DNA from: Podospora anserina
Taxonomy: Eukaryota
Length of the DNA: 64,000 bases
Direction of reading: 5' to 3'
NCBI GenBank assembly: GCA_017654855.1
Contig: CM030334.1
Span: 310,001-374,000, forward strand
In this document: in pieces, positions 1 through 13,892 of the stretch
How the letters are laid out: every line of letters begins with the position of its first letter
How positions within the stretch are numbered: the first letter of the stretch is position 1
Translations under genes and position numbers: made by a program
Notes under the pieces: model-generated
Database searches by the model: none
Told to the model about the DNA's origin: nothing
Seen by the model: the letters and a program-made list of their open reading frames with translations, nothing else

Positions 1-684
1 TTCAGATCATCCCCCTTCCTAATGTGTGACGCCGACGAATTCGATCTGGCCAATAAGTATGTCCAGCCACACATTCACGGGGATCTGCCTGAGGTGTTGC
101 AGTCGGCTTTGGATTCCTTGAGGCGTTTTTTCAAAATACCATCCGAGCGGGGGTGGGAAGACGAGGCCGATTGGCAGCACCTCGGAACAGTCGACTTGGA
201 CCGTATCATCGATCAACCATGGGAGGCCTCCGATATCTCTGGCTTGTTTCTCGAGACATGTGCCTTGACGGCCAGGATCATGAGACGGACTCTGTTGGAG
301 GGACTGGATGCCTTCGATGACGGCGCGAACAAGGAAGACTTGCAGGTTATCTACGAAAATGTCCGATTCATTGGCCTAAAGGCTTGGGTTGGGTTGCCGT
401 ACATCTATGTCTGGGTGTAGGTCTTCTTTGTCCATCCTCTTGGTATGCGGCTTACTAACGAGGCATGACTCAGGAACTTGATCGGCTTTGAAGCATCAAC
501 CGACATCAAGATGAAGGCATATTTTGTAGCCGAAGTGGTGCGATGCGCCTTTAGCTATGGCTGTTATCAGATGGAGATCTTTCATGCCATTCTTTCCAAC
601 TTCTTGTCCATGAGGAATGCGCTGAAGGAGAGGAAATTTGCCCGCATAGCCTTGACACTGGGAGATTGTGGGTTCCTTGCTTGA
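1..684 (+). CDS. Hypothetical protein, 3' part; probable intron ~388-472
   Basis: Frame is open from base 1 through ORF 22..420. A branch site/acceptor (TTACTAAC...CAG, ends 472) precedes a second exon ending at TGA 684. The donor site is uncertain and no domain was recognised. Confidence 0.45.
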
Positions 685-1849
685 GAAAATGTACCTCAGG
701 GGTTGTTGTTGCCTGGGAGACCAGGGGATGTTGACATTGTTCAGGGGCTAGCAACAAAATGTTCCCGAGGTGATGATGATCGGTTATTGTCATTTCCACA
801 GAATTATCAGCAAAAGTAGAGGTTTCATCCCATTTTAAATTTGCAAAAGTTAACACCAATCGTGTGGTGTGTGTTTGTATGCCCAGTAACAGGATTGAAC
901 TGTTGACCTTCGCATGATTTGATATACCTCGAGAGGTATATTAGTATGACGCTCTAACCAGCTGAGCCAATCGGGGCCTCCATCAATGGTGCAAGAACAT
1001 CCAAAGTGACCATTTTCCAAGCTCTCAGTGGTGAACACAAAAGGCGGAGTTGTGGCACTGCCACAGTCGTCGGTCACGGCGAAAAGAAAACTAGCTCAGG
1101 CCGAGCCAGAGCCTTCCCTGAGATTCTTTCAACCTTGTAAACCCTTCTTCGGAGCGTGAGTTCAAGCTTCAACCCGGATATCGGGCCTTACTAGTCATCG
1201 GGCGCTTAATTCCCACCACAGCGGCAATGGAAAAAGCTGTCGACTCAAGGGCGCTGTGCATCTAGCGTGCGTTGACAGGCCCAGTACTCGCTGATAATCA
1301 GCCAGGAGGCGGTGAATGGCAAGCCACGCCACCCGACCCCAGGAGCTGACGGAAGCATGTGGATTTCAAACTTCCGAGAGGCGCGATGCCTGCTGACCGG
1401 CGTCATGGGAACCGTTCCGCCATACATACATAGAGTTCCCGCCATGTCAGCATTCTATCGGCCTGCCCATACTGTCAACGCCTATAGGGCTGATGCAAAG
1501 ATCCCTGCAGAATGTTGGGGTCATGTTTCTTCCCTAGTCTATGTTTCACCCAGGCAGGAGGATCATAGGCCCGCCTCTATCCAGCAGTTTGAACATAGTT
1601 TATAGTCCCGATTGGGAATATGCTGGTGGGGGTGCAAGTTATCAGGAAGGTCGGGAGCCCTCTAATGATCATTGATCCTCCTAGGCAAGGGGCGCTCACA
1701 CCAGATGCGATCTTGAGGCTCGACAGAAGCCTAGCATAGTGTGGAACTACTCCGTTCTATGAAGAAGGTGTTATGAGGGTCGGATTGATCTAGAGCAGGC
1801 AAGAAGTCTTGAGGTAGCCATTAGCTTTCACTGTCATGATGTAATGCAA

Positions 1850-2141
1850 TGCTGTCCAACGACTACAAAGGGCGTCAGGATGCCGGCCCTGTTGATCTTC
1901 TGTGTCCTGGTATCTTCTGGCTCGTGATTATACAACCAGCATCCAGAGCGGTGTTCTCCCAAGTCAAGACATCATGCCCGAGGACGATACACCCTACATC
2001 TGCCACATCATCCCCTACTACCCTTCCGGCTCATCAGCTCCGCCTCCACCTCCACCTCCAACGGATAACACACAAGAAGAGAAGGAATCCGGCTCAACTC
2101 AGTCATCTTCGGGAAGCGACAAAGGCGGAACAGCGAAATAA
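1850..2141 (+). pseudogene. Possible HNH-endonuclease-like gene fragment
   Basis: LLARD..SG...ICHIIP resembles the RD..C..SG...AHIIP motif of fungal HNH proteins. Upstream frame is broken by stops. Confidence 0.25.
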
Positions 2142-2641
2142 CTTGTCATACGCCGTGTTTACGTCATTAAACGTTGATTCCTCCTCCTGCAACGCCACTT
2201 GGCAGACTCTTCTGAACATCGCATCGAGGAACACCCCGCCGTTAGCTTGATGCACTTCAGCAATCCGACGCCGTCCAGGATGAGGATATCAGCAAGCTGG
2301 ACAGTCAAACTGCAATAACGGGAGGGTTTGAAGCAGCACAGGCAGGAGTGATGCAACTGATGCCACCGGCAGGTAGTCGCATTGTGAGGGTGAGGGAGGA
2401 AGGAGAGTCAATGCAGTCTGTATACCAGGCCACGGCTTGTTCTCAGCTCTGTAAACATCATGTAATGTTAATCACTACCGACCGACATACACCCTTTGAA
2501 GACATAGAATTAGGCACCTCATCAAAAGACCCGGAATCTATCCATAGAGATTAGGATCTAGAAGAATTTGTTCACCCTCGAAAACTCAATCTGAAGCGCT
2601 ACCGGCAGGCCCAAGTGCCCAATACTCGTCCAGATTGGTCA

Positions 2642-4294
2642 TCAGGTCCCTGAAGAACTGGAGCCTGTTTTCAGCCCTGCCAGCCCTTTCTTCCAGAGAA
2701 AGTTTTCTCTCATCATCCTTTCCCCATCGACGACCATGACCCGACCCGATCTTGAATCAAAATCCAGTTGATCGAATGGAGCCGAGGCATCAAAATTGGG
2801 CAAAAGCATTTTCGTAATTATTGACCGCCATCCATGCTCGGGCAGCCAAAATGGGTGATTCCGAAGGGGATTGTCGTTTCTGCCGGTGTGCAACACCCTC
2901 CAATTGCTCTCCGAGTACGCTGGTTCTAGCTCCAGGCTGGGCTCCAAAGCAACTGTCCTATCCAAATCCCAAAACGGCCAGCCGTGTTCCATGAGATTGG
3001 TGACTTAATACGACGACCTCGCTTGGCCGGAAAAGATGTGATGAAATCCCGGGTAACTCGAAGCACCGTAAGATGTTCGGACTGACGAGCCAGGTTGTGG
3101 CTGCGGCGGCATCCGCACCGGCGTTTCCGCCTCAAACGTGCCGCCTTGTTCTTGAACCGGTCCAACAACCTCATCCCACGTTTTCATCAGTCTCAGAACA
3201 TGAGAGTGCTCGGCCGGTTGAAAGTGGCCGAGAATCAATCGGAACCACGATGGTCGGGCCATGTCTGACAGATCCTGCACCCTCTCGAGATAGCCAAGTC
3301 CCAAGCCCACGGCTGACGACAAGTATAGCAAATTCTCCTTCTCCCACTCATCATACGTGAACTCACGGTTTGAGTGCGGTTGGCCATCGGGCTCCATCTC
3401 CTCATCTACTTCCTCTCCAGTTGGTGTGTATGCCTTCCGCAACTTGAACAACTCCTGGTAAAAGTCCATGAGCATCTCTCGATGGCGGGAAAAGACAAAA
3501 CAGGCAATCGAAGTCACCTCTGCGGCAACAACGTAAGGGACCGCTTCCAAGAAGCCAGATTCGCTCATGGAAAGCTGTCTGACCGCCCGTTCTCTGTCGC
3601 TGGCCGATTCTTCCTCGGCCCCATCCAAGATTCCCAGCATGACGTTCCACCGGGATCGAGCAGTGAGCTGGCACATCATTTCATATCAGATGAAACCCCT
3701 TCTCAACCGGACTCGCTCAGCGGCGGAGGGGGTCGTAGCGCAATTTTTCCGCCGAACAGCTACGAAATGTATCTCGTCTCTCAGCCAGTTCATGTAGTAG
3801 AAAACATGCCGGTCAAGCGTTTTCATTCGCTTCAGAAAACGATGCAGGGTGCCCAGAGTAGGTCGGTCATACCGAGGCAGGGTCAAAAGCGGGCGGGCAA
3901 GGTCCTGGTTGAAACATATCGAGATGAACTGGGGCTGAATCTGGCGGACCCTGAGCATCCACTCCGGGTAGGTAATTTTGCCATTCTCAGTCTTGAACTT
4001 GGACCAGGAACTATCGAGTTCTGTTAGCATAGATGCTGACGCACAGAACAGCTTAGCTATGCTGGTCACATACCCTTTCTTCATGGAAAGACAGATAGGT
4101 GCGGATTCATAGAGGACCAGATCCAAGTAAGTGTCGCCCAGCTGGGCTTTGATGCGGTGTTTGATCTGTGCCTCAGATGCCTGGTAAAGAATCAAGATGG
4201 CGCGGCAGGACGACATGATCGAGATCAGGTCTGCAGGTTCTAGTTGGAGAAAGATGATTGCCGCGATTTCAACTGGCAGTTTGTTCCATCCCAT
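2642..4294 (-). pseudogene. F-box-like protein (~550 aa) with two in-frame stops
   Basis: ORFs 3686..4294, 3005..3679 and 2642..2992 share one frame. N-terminus WNKLPVEIAAIIFLQL is F-box-like. Stops are TGA (RRGFI*YE, probably CGA) and TAA (SY*VT, probably CAA). Confidence 0.7.
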
Positions 4295-4759
4295 CTTGTT
4301 TGCCGTGATTCTTTGCCAACTACGCGATACTGTGAAGGGGAGTTGTCAAGGGTGAAAGTAAGAAGTATGTGTTGTGTTGAGGACAATGAGGACTCTTTGA
4401 ACATCAAGAGGGGAATGGGCCGGGTTTATAGATGACACTAGAGAAGCGAAGCTACCTCAGGTAGGCTTCAAGATACCAAAGGCTTGGCACGCAGTGGTTA
4501 CCACAAATAGCCGGCTGTCATTTTGAGTCTCCAAAAACTGTGCACCAGCAGAGCCATTGACACCAATAAACAAAGCAGCTGTACATCTTATACAAGAACA
4601 GAACACAGGTAGGTATTAAATTACCTAGATAGAGTAAGCAGTATAAACTTGCGCCTGCCCCTGGTCCAAGGCTTGATCTACAAATTTGGTCATGGACTTT
4701 GAGGTACATAATCACAACCCAGCCAACATGTCTCCTGAACAAACAAGAGAACAACATCA

Positions 4760-6650
4760 TCCTGGCCCCCAGCGCCTTCCATCAAACTCATATCACTCCA
4801 AAGATTTCTTTTTAGTCGGTACGTTGGAGATCTTCTAGATGGAAATTGTCTGCGCTCCTTGCCGTACCAATCTGGGTAGATGGAACACGCCCGTTGCTTT
4901 CAGCCAACCCGCGTCCCTGTCAAAGTCGAAGTAACCAATATGGCTGTTCTTATCAACCACGTTTGGATACCCGCCCACGTCGCTGCAGACAAATTGGAAG
5001 TAAACGCAGTTGGGGTGCCGAGGCTTCGGGGGTATGTGTCGCGGAAAGAACGCGTGCCCCTTGGGAGAGTTTGGCTTCATTTTGACCAAGGGCGTAGTTT
5101 CAATGGTGGACGACGCGTTGGCAATCATCTGCTGCCTCTTAGCCCTGGCAGCTTGAACGCCCAGGGATCAGAGATGTTTCCCACCTCTCTCTTCTGTCCC
5201 ACCATTGGCGAAAAGACTGGCGGGCTTGTTTTCTTTGGCCTCGTCCTCGATTTTGACCTTGCTGCTGCTGGAAAGATCGGTGCCCCAATTTCTTGAGGTT
5301 GACAGACCGATTGCCGAGCCATCATCGTCAAGACGCCTGCCACCACCGTGGAAGTAGCTGGGGCCCAGGGCATCGTTCTCCTCATCGGAGTCACCTGGGT
5401 CGCTGTACTCGCTGTGCTTCGGCTGCTCCTCCCGCCTTGACATCCCGCCTTGACATCCCGAGCAGCATTGTCCCTTCAATCACCTCCAAAATGAAACGAT
5501 GCCTTCTCTCCATGCGTGCTCGACGGCGTTGGAAAAATGCTGATCATCATCTCTTCTCCGCTTTCGGCGGCTGCGTCGTAGTCGGCTAACTCCTTGCTTG
5601 TAGCTTTCACAACATATTTCCTGGCAGGTTTGACAAACCCAGTATGGCTCGGGAGGCCTCCTGTTCATGTTGGCGAAAAGCAGACAGCAGCCGGTGATAC
5701 CCTGCGATCCGGCGGTTCCACGCCGCTTGTTTGGCTGCCTTCTGCTCAGCTTGTTCCTGTCGCCTCTTGGCCGCCTCAAGTTCCTTCTCCCTTTGAGCCG
5801 CCTCTTTGAGTAGCTTAATCTCAAAGTCGATCTGGTCACGGTCATTGTCGCGACCAATGACAACAACCCGCTTATCAAATTTCTTCGTTATCAGCCCTGG
5901 ATACTTCGACACCATGCTTTCAGGAAACCTTTTCTCGAGGTCCCATCGGTCGAGCACGAGTGGACTGACGGGCTTCTTGTTTTCAATCCGGGGAATGATG
6001 CTGCCGTCATCGATGGTGCCCTCCCAGCCCAAAAAGGCGACATGTTTGGTCGGATGCAGTATAAGCCCTGGAATTGTCCTGATAGCCTAGGTGAGCTCGC
6101 TTTTGATGTCAGTGTATCATAGTCGGAATACAAGCGCTTCCTTGGTCTTGGTAGGATCTGGCGCTTTCCATGGCTGTCCAAGAAGTATTTCTTTACAATC
6201 GTCGCGGGTGGTAATTCGCTTCCATGACCATGTTACCATTGAGTTTGGCGAACAGTCCATCATACAGAAGCTCAAACGCGGCGTCATAGTCGGCACGCAG
6301 TCGGTCTCGCACACAGGACATGGTCGGGTCCAGATCTTTGCACTGCGAGTTTTTACTAGTTGCCCGTTACCGAACTCGGATGAGAGAGGCGACTACTCAC
6401 TTTACCGGCCTTTACTGCGTCTTCCGAGGTCTTTCTGAGATTGGCAAGAAGATCACCTTTCTTGAATTTAATTCCGTAAAACTCCAGTTGAGTCGATAGC
6501 AATTTTTGGTGATCTTTGGTCAAGTGCTCCTAATGGAACTCGGACAGCGAGTGAAAAGTAGCTTCTCCAAGGCAGTTTCGTTGAGAAATGCGACGCCGTC
6601 ATTTCTAAAGATGTCGTGGTAGCTATCGCTGTTGTTCGGCCATGTTATGT
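4760..6650 (-). pseudogene. Fragmented hypothetical protein gene containing a coiled coil
   Basis: ORFs 6117..6314 and 5607..6032 are in frame, separated by stops. Protein-like fragments continue at 5168..5479 and 4835..5128. Ends are approximate. Confidence 0.5.
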
Positions 6651-7057
6651 ACTCGGCGCCGTAAGTAAAATCTGGACAAAGGGCAGGTTTATGGGGCGAT
6701 GACGGTTGTATCCCCCCTCACGAACGGTGTTTTTCTTTCTGGTCCAGACATGGTTGCGAGTGTGTTGTTTTTGAAAGATGGAAGCCCAGTTCGCTCGAGT
6801 CGTGATCGAGGTCTGGTCGCAGCAGGGATTGGAAAGCTCACAACAGCAAGATCAACAAGGGACAGTGCGCACGAACCATCAGAAATAAAATGAACCATCC
6901 CTTACAACTCAAACTCTTCTATTTGCATTCTTAAGTCTGCAGCTATATTTTCAACCCATCAAAAAAAAGCACTGCATTGCACGACTTCTTCCCCCTTCCG
7001 AATTGATTCTTGTCACCCCAATAACGACCACCGAAATACCTTGCCTTCACAATTCTC

Positions 7058-8188
7058 TCAGTTGGAAGTCGTCCAGTCAAGGATGTGCTCATATTCCTTC
7101 TGTCCCTCGCTGACAACACCATCCCGCTTGACATGGGTCTTCTGCTCGAGATGGAAGCATCCCCTCTGAAGCCCCTCGGTGCAAAGAGGCAGCAGCTCAG
7201 AAGTCTCCATGTTGCAGTACATGCCCTCAACAAGAGACACAAAGTCGGGGCCGAAAGACGTCTCACTCTCGCAAAGCTCCGAGGCCTTGTGGAAGGGCGA
7301 GTTGGAGATGACGAGACGAGGGTCGAGTTTGCGGACGGTGCGCTTCTTGATGATCTGGCGACCGGCAATGACAACGGAGCTGGAGTCGCCCGAGGTGTAG
7401 TCGGTCTCAACCCACTTGCTGCCGTCAAAGTTGTTAGGGTCGAAGACTCCATCGTCATTGGTAATCTCAGCGGGGGTGGTGGTGTTGGTGTCGTCACGCT
7501 TCCACCACTCGGTGACCTCAGCATCGCCCCAGTTCTTGTAGGCACGGAAACCGGGGTAGCCGCACTTGGAGCGGGGGTTGGGGTCGCCCGATACCCAGTT
7601 ATCGTTGGTGTGGAAGCTGGGCCAGTGGACCATGATCATGCCGGCTTTGACGCCATGAGAGTGGTCCCGGTCAACCCAAGTGCAGCGAGGTTGGGTATTA
7701 GCAACCTGTTCAGTCGAAAGCATTGTCAGAAAATGATTAGTCGCTGAGAGATGGAGAAAGACAGGAGGACGTACCCAGTAGTTGCTGTAATACCACTTTT
7801 GCCCGCAGTACGAACCGATGTCGCCCACCCAGCCATACTTTTGCTCGTCAACCCAGGTGGCAGACATATAAGGGATGCAGATACCATCGGCCGTGGCCTC
7901 AATGGTGGCAAAGGCAGCTTGCTGGCGGTTTGAGCCCTGGTCGACCTTGATGTCGACAAAGCCACCGTTGGAGATGAACTTTCCGTTGCTCCACCCAATG
8001 CGCTCCTGGTTCTGGTTGAAGACGTGAACCTTGTACACACCACCCTCGGGGTTTTCAAGACCACCTGAGGATGCGAGACCGGTCGAGACACGCACAACGC
8101 ACGAGTTGGACTGCTTTTTGGGGAAGTTGTCCATGGAAAATTGGAGGATGCCGAGCAGGCCGGAGATGACGCCAATAACTTTGGACAT
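7058..8188 (-). CDS. Uncharacterised Cys-containing fungal protein, ~353 aa after splicing; in-frame 69-nt intron 7706-7774
   Basis: Long ORF with strong C-ending codon bias and CAAAATG start context. Intron GTACGT...CTGAC...CAG; spliced junction reads YSNYW/VANTQPRC. Confidence 0.85.
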   Translation of the reverse strand: MSKVIGVISGLLGILQFSMDNFPKKQSNSCVVRVSTGLASSGGLENPEGGVYKVHVFNQNQERIGWSNGKFISNGGFVDIKVDQGSNRQQAAFATIEATADGICIPYMSATWVDEQKYGWVGDIGSYCGQKWYYSNYWVRPPVFLHLSATNHFLTMLSTEQVANTQPRCTWVDRDHSHGVKAGMIMVHWPSFHTNDNWVSGDPNPRSKCGYPGFRAYKNWGDAEVTEWWKRDDTNTTTPAEITNDDGVFDPNNFDGSKWVETDYTSGDSSSVVIAGRQIIKKRTVRKLDPRLVISNSPFHKASELCESETSFGPDFVSLVEGMYCNMETSELLPLCTEGLQRGCFHLEQKTHVKRDGVVSEGQKEYEHILDWTTSN

Positions 8189-9452
8189 TTTGGTGGTGGT
8201 GGGAATGGATTGTGGTGAGAAAGTCGGTAGGTGAGCTTGCAGAAGAAGTTGAGGGGCAAGATGAAGGTGGTGGGCGATGGATGATGAGACTGATGGTGAT
8301 GAAGGAAACTCTAGTTGAGGAGGACAGGATTGCCCTTATATACTTTCATCGGCATTGACCTCATCTTCTTGCAGTCTTGATTCGGCCTCGGTCAAAATTG
8401 TACAAGAGCCAAAGGTGGATATGCTAGGTACTCGTCGAGACAGTAGTGCTATTGTCATCATCATCAAGGTCTCAGACGAAGCGAGGCCCTCCGTGGAGAA
8501 TCTGGGTTGTCTACCTTACCATCTGCCTTGAGTCTATGGGACTTTAGATTGAATTGGTCCGGTGTCATAACACCAATCCCCGCCATTCTGCCTCACCTAA
8601 CCATGTGTTTGCACCTGTTTGTCGGGAGCCGGCAAGGAATTCTAAACTGCAAGCATGTCGCTGACAATGCCGCTGCAGAGAAGCCTAACCGAGTGGTGCA
8701 TATGGTGGGGATAAATGTACCTAAAGAGCTTATACTTCTAGAGTATTTGCCACGACTCACGAGCGACATGCGGAGATCTGGAGCCGAGTCAGATCCCAGA
8801 GTAAGCTGACAAGCTAAACATTCTTTCTCCACAACATAAGCACTTGAACAAATGTCCACTGCAGGCAACCACAACGGCAAATCAAAGTCTGCTGTGCCAA
8901 GCTATGCATCTCTTGCAACTCGGGAGCCTGCTGAAGATCAAACTTGCGTAACAACAGGTTTGTGCTTTTGGTCGAGGTTCTAGAGTGGGGTGGGTGCCCC
9001 TGAATGCCAAGGTGGTGTTGAAAACGCATTCTGCCGTGATCCACCTTGATTTCTACGTTGTGGAACAAAACAGACCTGTGATTTTTTGAGACCTTTGAAC
9101 TTCGAAACAATATCACCGAGGACGTGTCTTGCCAAACACTCCCAAAAGTTAAAAATAAAAATAAAATAAAAACTTAACAGATGCTTTGTGAGGCCCTCCC
9201 TAGGTAGGCGGTTGTTCCTCCAATCGCCTGGCTTTTCCATGGACCCCCAACACCCATACAACTTCAGAGCTTTCCGATATAGAAATCCGTGAATCCGTTT
9301 GCACTGTGAAGTTCCCGGCTAAAACGTCGGGATTGGGCGCGTCGCGGTTCTCCTTTTTTCTTTCTTTTTTCTCTTGTTTTTTTTTTTTCATCGCGTCTCA
9401 CTTTCTCTCCGACAACATCTCTCGCTATCCCTCGGCTCTGTTCCCTTTGGTC

Positions 9453-10682
9453 ATGGCCTCAAGATGCACGCTATACAAGCCCGATCTAAAGGCACTCAAC
9501 AAAGCCAAAAATCGAGGGCGTTATCCAGCAACCGCTCAAGAGGGAAGACTTCAAGAAGCTTTTATCCTGCGGTCAAGCCGCCCTCTAAGGGAAGGGGAGC
9601 ACCACCCTTGTCGACAAAGATGTCCGCTACACCATCCAACTGGACGCAGAACAATTCGAGCTCGGAGAAGGAACGTGGCATGTTTGGAACATTGGTCCTG
9701 TCCCTTCCTTCTTACCATCAAGGTGGAGATGTGATTCTACGACATGCAGGGCGTAAAATGGTCTACGCCTCTTCAACGGATTCCATTTCGTGGGCCACGT
9801 GATACTCCGATATGAGACACGAGATCAGGCCCGTTGAGAAGGGTACGCGCTGGGTCCTCACGTTCGATCTCTGCACCCAGCCTATCACCAATAGGTGTTC
9901 TCTCTCTACCCTCTGCACCCAATTTGGAGCGCCACGAGGTGGCCCTTCATCAGGTCCTTGAAGTCTGGCCCAAGTCTGCCCCCTGATGGTCTTATCTGCT
10001 CTACGAGCTGGACCACGGCTATACGGTAGCCTCTGTTCAGCTCGAAGCACTGAAGGGCTGATATCTTCTCTTTTCCGCTCTACTAGAGAAGGAAGAGCAT
10101 GGAGACTGCAGTTTTGACTACGATGCCGAGGTGGGCTCCAAAAGTCGGTACGGTTACCGTGCACCACGGCCACCCCCGGAGTGGCACGAGTTCAGGGATA
10201 TTGAACGGTCAGAACGTAGAATATTGTCAGTTTTGGATCTCGACGGTGAGGTGTGGGGCGAGGATCTGCCTTTTGATCCAGATAAGGCTCTACAGAAACC
10301 CTTTTCCAAGGCCACGCGGGAGGAAACGGATTACACTGGCTACATGGGCAATGATGGACTCGAAGTGACGCATTGGTACAGGTCTACCGTGAGTGCCTTT
10401 CTCTCTGTCGGCTTCTTTACTATATCTACCTGGGTGAACACTCACTGTTGCTCGATGATAGGCTCTTGTGATTTGCCAGCGGGCTGCGTAAATGAGCTCT
10501 TGCCGGACTGGCAGGAGGATGAGGACACTGAAGAAGAAGGCAGCGAGACACAAGAGAAGAGCGATGAGTCTGAGGACAGCGATGTCGTAGAAGTACCCCC
10601 TCCAGCAGCCGCTTCCAGGCCACCGAACGTAGTCGGGTTGCTGTGTCTGTGGCGGGCGAGAAGAGAAGAATCGTGGAGGTGA
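9453..10682 (+). pseudogene. 2OG-Fe(II) oxygenase-family gene, degraded
   Basis: EKERGMFGTLVLSLPSYHQGGDVILRH...WAT*YSDMRHEIRPVEKGTRWVLTFDL shows the distal His and Arg of the double-stranded beta-helix. TGA at 9800-9802 replaces Trp; frameshifts and deletions are also present. Confidence 0.7.
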
Positions 10683-11314
10683 TTGACTTGATCGGAGACA
10701 GTGACTGAGAGAGAAAAACATCATATACTTACCTAGGTACAATGTCAAGGGATCTCCCTTCCCATTCCACTCACCACATTAACCCTTTCCAATTCGTCCA
10801 ATGCCTTCACATGCTTGGCTTTGATCATCTTCCAGGCCGTAGAACCCAACGGGGGCCTCAATGGTATTGCCTCTGGTGTCGGAACAAAAAGCAATGGAAA
10901 ATACCTATGTTCTTTTTCTTCCGGACCAAAACACCCGAAGTACTGCAATTTGTGCCACCTGGGTTTGCATTCAGCTGGGGCCATAATGATCTAGATCGAT
11001 AAGACAGGTGCTGAGCTGGAGCTGAAAGTAATATCGACCCACTAAACCGGTCTCACCTCGCTCTGGCATTGGTGCGTTGCCACAAAACACTGCATCAAGA
11101 AGGCTAGCTTCTAGATAGAACCATGCGCCCATCCCTATCTGGAAATCCAGCGCTTGTGGAGGCAAGCTGACAGAATTCTTGTGCAATATCGTAAGAGATA
11201 AATAGTTGGAGCCCCTTAGAGAGTTGTTGTGCATTGATTAGCTGGCTTCCAGTTTGCCTATCATCTTCTTTACCTATCCAGTGCTTCACAATCAGCGCTC
11301 GCAAAATTGCCACA

Positions 11315-13218
11315 ATGGGTGGTTTTATGCCCTTCTTCCCCTCTGGCAGTGACTTCCGGCAGAGCGGGTTTAAAGATGCCACCCTCAAGCCTGCCGCCAA
11401 GAGAATCATCATCTGCTGCGATGGCACCTGGCAATCATCAGTCACCAACACAGTCAACATTCCTTCCAACATCACACGAATCGCGCGGTATCTGAGCAAG
11501 GTGGGCAGAGATGGGGACGACCCAGCAAAGGAGTGGCAGCAGGTCGTCTACTACGACGCCGGCATCGGAACTGCCGTAGGTGTTCTGGAGTCTGCTCGAC
11601 AGGGCAACACGGGTTCAGGCTTTGTCGGCAACGTCATCGAAGCGTACAACTTCATCGTCAACAACTACACTCTGGGCGACCAAATCTTTTGTCTGGGATT
11701 CTCGCGCGGTGCTTACACGGCTCGGGCCGTTGCTGGACTGGTCACTGATATTGGCGTGATCCAGCCCAGAGATATGCAAGACTTTGCCGAGCTGTACAAT
11801 GTCTACCAGGCCCACAGCGACAACATTCTCTTTCGCCAGAGCAAGGCCTGGCGTGAATGGGTGGAGGGAAAGCGGCTGTTTGACCCGAACCAGAAGGGAA
11901 GCCCCAAGGGGTGGAAGCAGGCACCTTCGGCCTGGGAGAAGAAACCGCATGGAGCTCCTCCGGAGGCGACGAGATGGGTCGAAGCTGTCGCTGTTTTCGA
12001 CACGGTGGGTTGTCTCGGCATCCCTGAATTTGAAGGTTACATCATGGGTGGCCTCGCGTGGCTGTTGAGCTGGGCAGTTACGGTAGAGAAGTTTGGCTTC
12101 CATAACGTGACGCTGAGCCCCTACATCAAGCACGCCTATCAGGCTCTTGCGCTGGACGAGCACAGAAAGCCATTCGACGCTGCTGTTTGGCATCTTCCAG
12201 CCCCTCCTGTTCGCCCTGCTGCGGGAAGCAACGTGGCGGATCTGAGACAGGCATGGGAAGAGCTCCGAGACACAGACGGGGCAACCGAGGACCAGCTGAC
12301 CGAACCTTGGGAGAACCTTGTCGCTGCTGAAATGTTTGAGGAGTTGGGCAAGCGGGACGCCGAGCCTAAGCTTTTGCAAGTTTGGTTCCCCGGTGTTCAT
12401 GTGAACATGGGAGGTGGGAGCAAGGAGGCGCTGGAACAGAGAAGGGGAGACTTTGAGCGTAGGCTTGTCACTTCCCGCACGCAACCATTTGGAACGATGC
12501 TGACCGGCTTCCAGAGATTGCCATGATTACGTTGATGTGGATGGTTGAGCAGCTAACGCCACACCTCCATTTTGACAACAACGCCTTTGAAATGTTGACA
12601 GACCGATTCATGGTCATACAGCCAATTATCGACGACCTCATCACGAGCAAGAAGCAGGACCACTGGCTGATAAAGAAGATCAACGCTCTCAAGGCGAGAG
12701 ATAATGCCAAGAATGGCATTGACAGCGGCTTGACCTGGGCTCGAAATCTTGCAGCTGAGGCGCTCATGGGGTGGGCGACCGGCCCAATCGTCGACACGTT
12801 CGAGGGCGGCTGGATCAAGAAGGCGACGGGTTCCAAGTACCGTACTCCAGGCGAATATAAAGAAAGTCAGAAAGGGAGGACCAATGAAGAGATTCACCCA
12901 ACAGTAAGGTACAGGATGGACCGGCTCAGTGCCGAAGGTGTGGGTTATGACCCAGTGCCGCTCAAGGACTTTACGCGCCAAAAGACTGTTGTGTCGCAGA
13001 CGCAAGCAGATGGCAGCATAAAGGAGGTTGTTGGCTATGAATGGGTCAAGAACAATGTCCGGATTCCAGAGTACAAGATAGCCGGGTCTTTCGATAAGGA
13101 GGGGGCCAACTTTGAGCGGGCCTGTGTGGTGACAGAGTCAGCGTCGGAATGGCTGGGAAAACTGGACAAGGAGCTGGGGATCGATTCGTGGGAGGCGCGA
13201 GGTCTGGACAAGTCTTGA
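11315..13218 (+). CDS. DUF2235 / Tle1-like alpha/beta-hydrolase (phospholipase-like); intron 12459-12514
   Basis: Motifs KRIIICCDGTW, GFSRGAYTAR, VFDTVG, ALALDEHR and QVWFPGVH. Intron GTAGGC...GCTGAC...CAG gives FEQIAMITL. Confidence 0.92.
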
Positions 13219-13892
13219 TTACCTTGGATAATAATCGAACAGTCGTGGGCTGCCAACCAATTCCCTGACCACGTGACTTCGCGTCCACGCTCGCTTTTTT
13301 TCTGGCTCAAGCGGTTGGTCAGTGTTTTTTCCTTGGGCCCGCGCCATTTTTGACGTTTTGCACCGCACAAACTAGCCCCACATTTCATGTCACTGGAGCT
13401 GCCACTGCCCTGACAGGGCAATGATTGCAGCGTGAGCAGAAGAGTACTCCGTAGACGAACTGAATTTGAATGAATCAGACAGACCACCCCTAACTAGATT
13501 TCATGTCCTTCAACATCATCCCGAATGGTCGAGGGCAACCTCATTTTTAGTGACTTTGCTCCTGTGGGGGAACAGCATAAAGTGGAGGGCTCGCTCTCTG
13601 TGGAGCTTGAGGTGGGTGGGTGGTCCAATGCCATGTGAGTCTGTGCGCGGGCCCTCCCGCTAACGAACTCTGGGCCGCGGTGGGCGTCGCGCGAACCGCG
13701 TAACCACTAAACCACTGGGACAAATCTCGCAATCCAACCTATCCTTCTGTCCACCCACACCCCCCTCCTCACCTCACTGGCTGTCCACTGCCGTTCCCTG
13801 CCCTCTCCGCCGTTGCCCAGCCTGTGTGAATTTGCTTCTTCCTGCTGGGACCCTACTGCCGCCGCCGCCAAACCGCCAGAACTCTTTGCGAC

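Noticed and set aside
11615-12484. Long antisense/overlapping ORFs (here, 7085..7747, 59035..59604 and similar)
   Set aside because: Shadow frames of GC-rich real genes.
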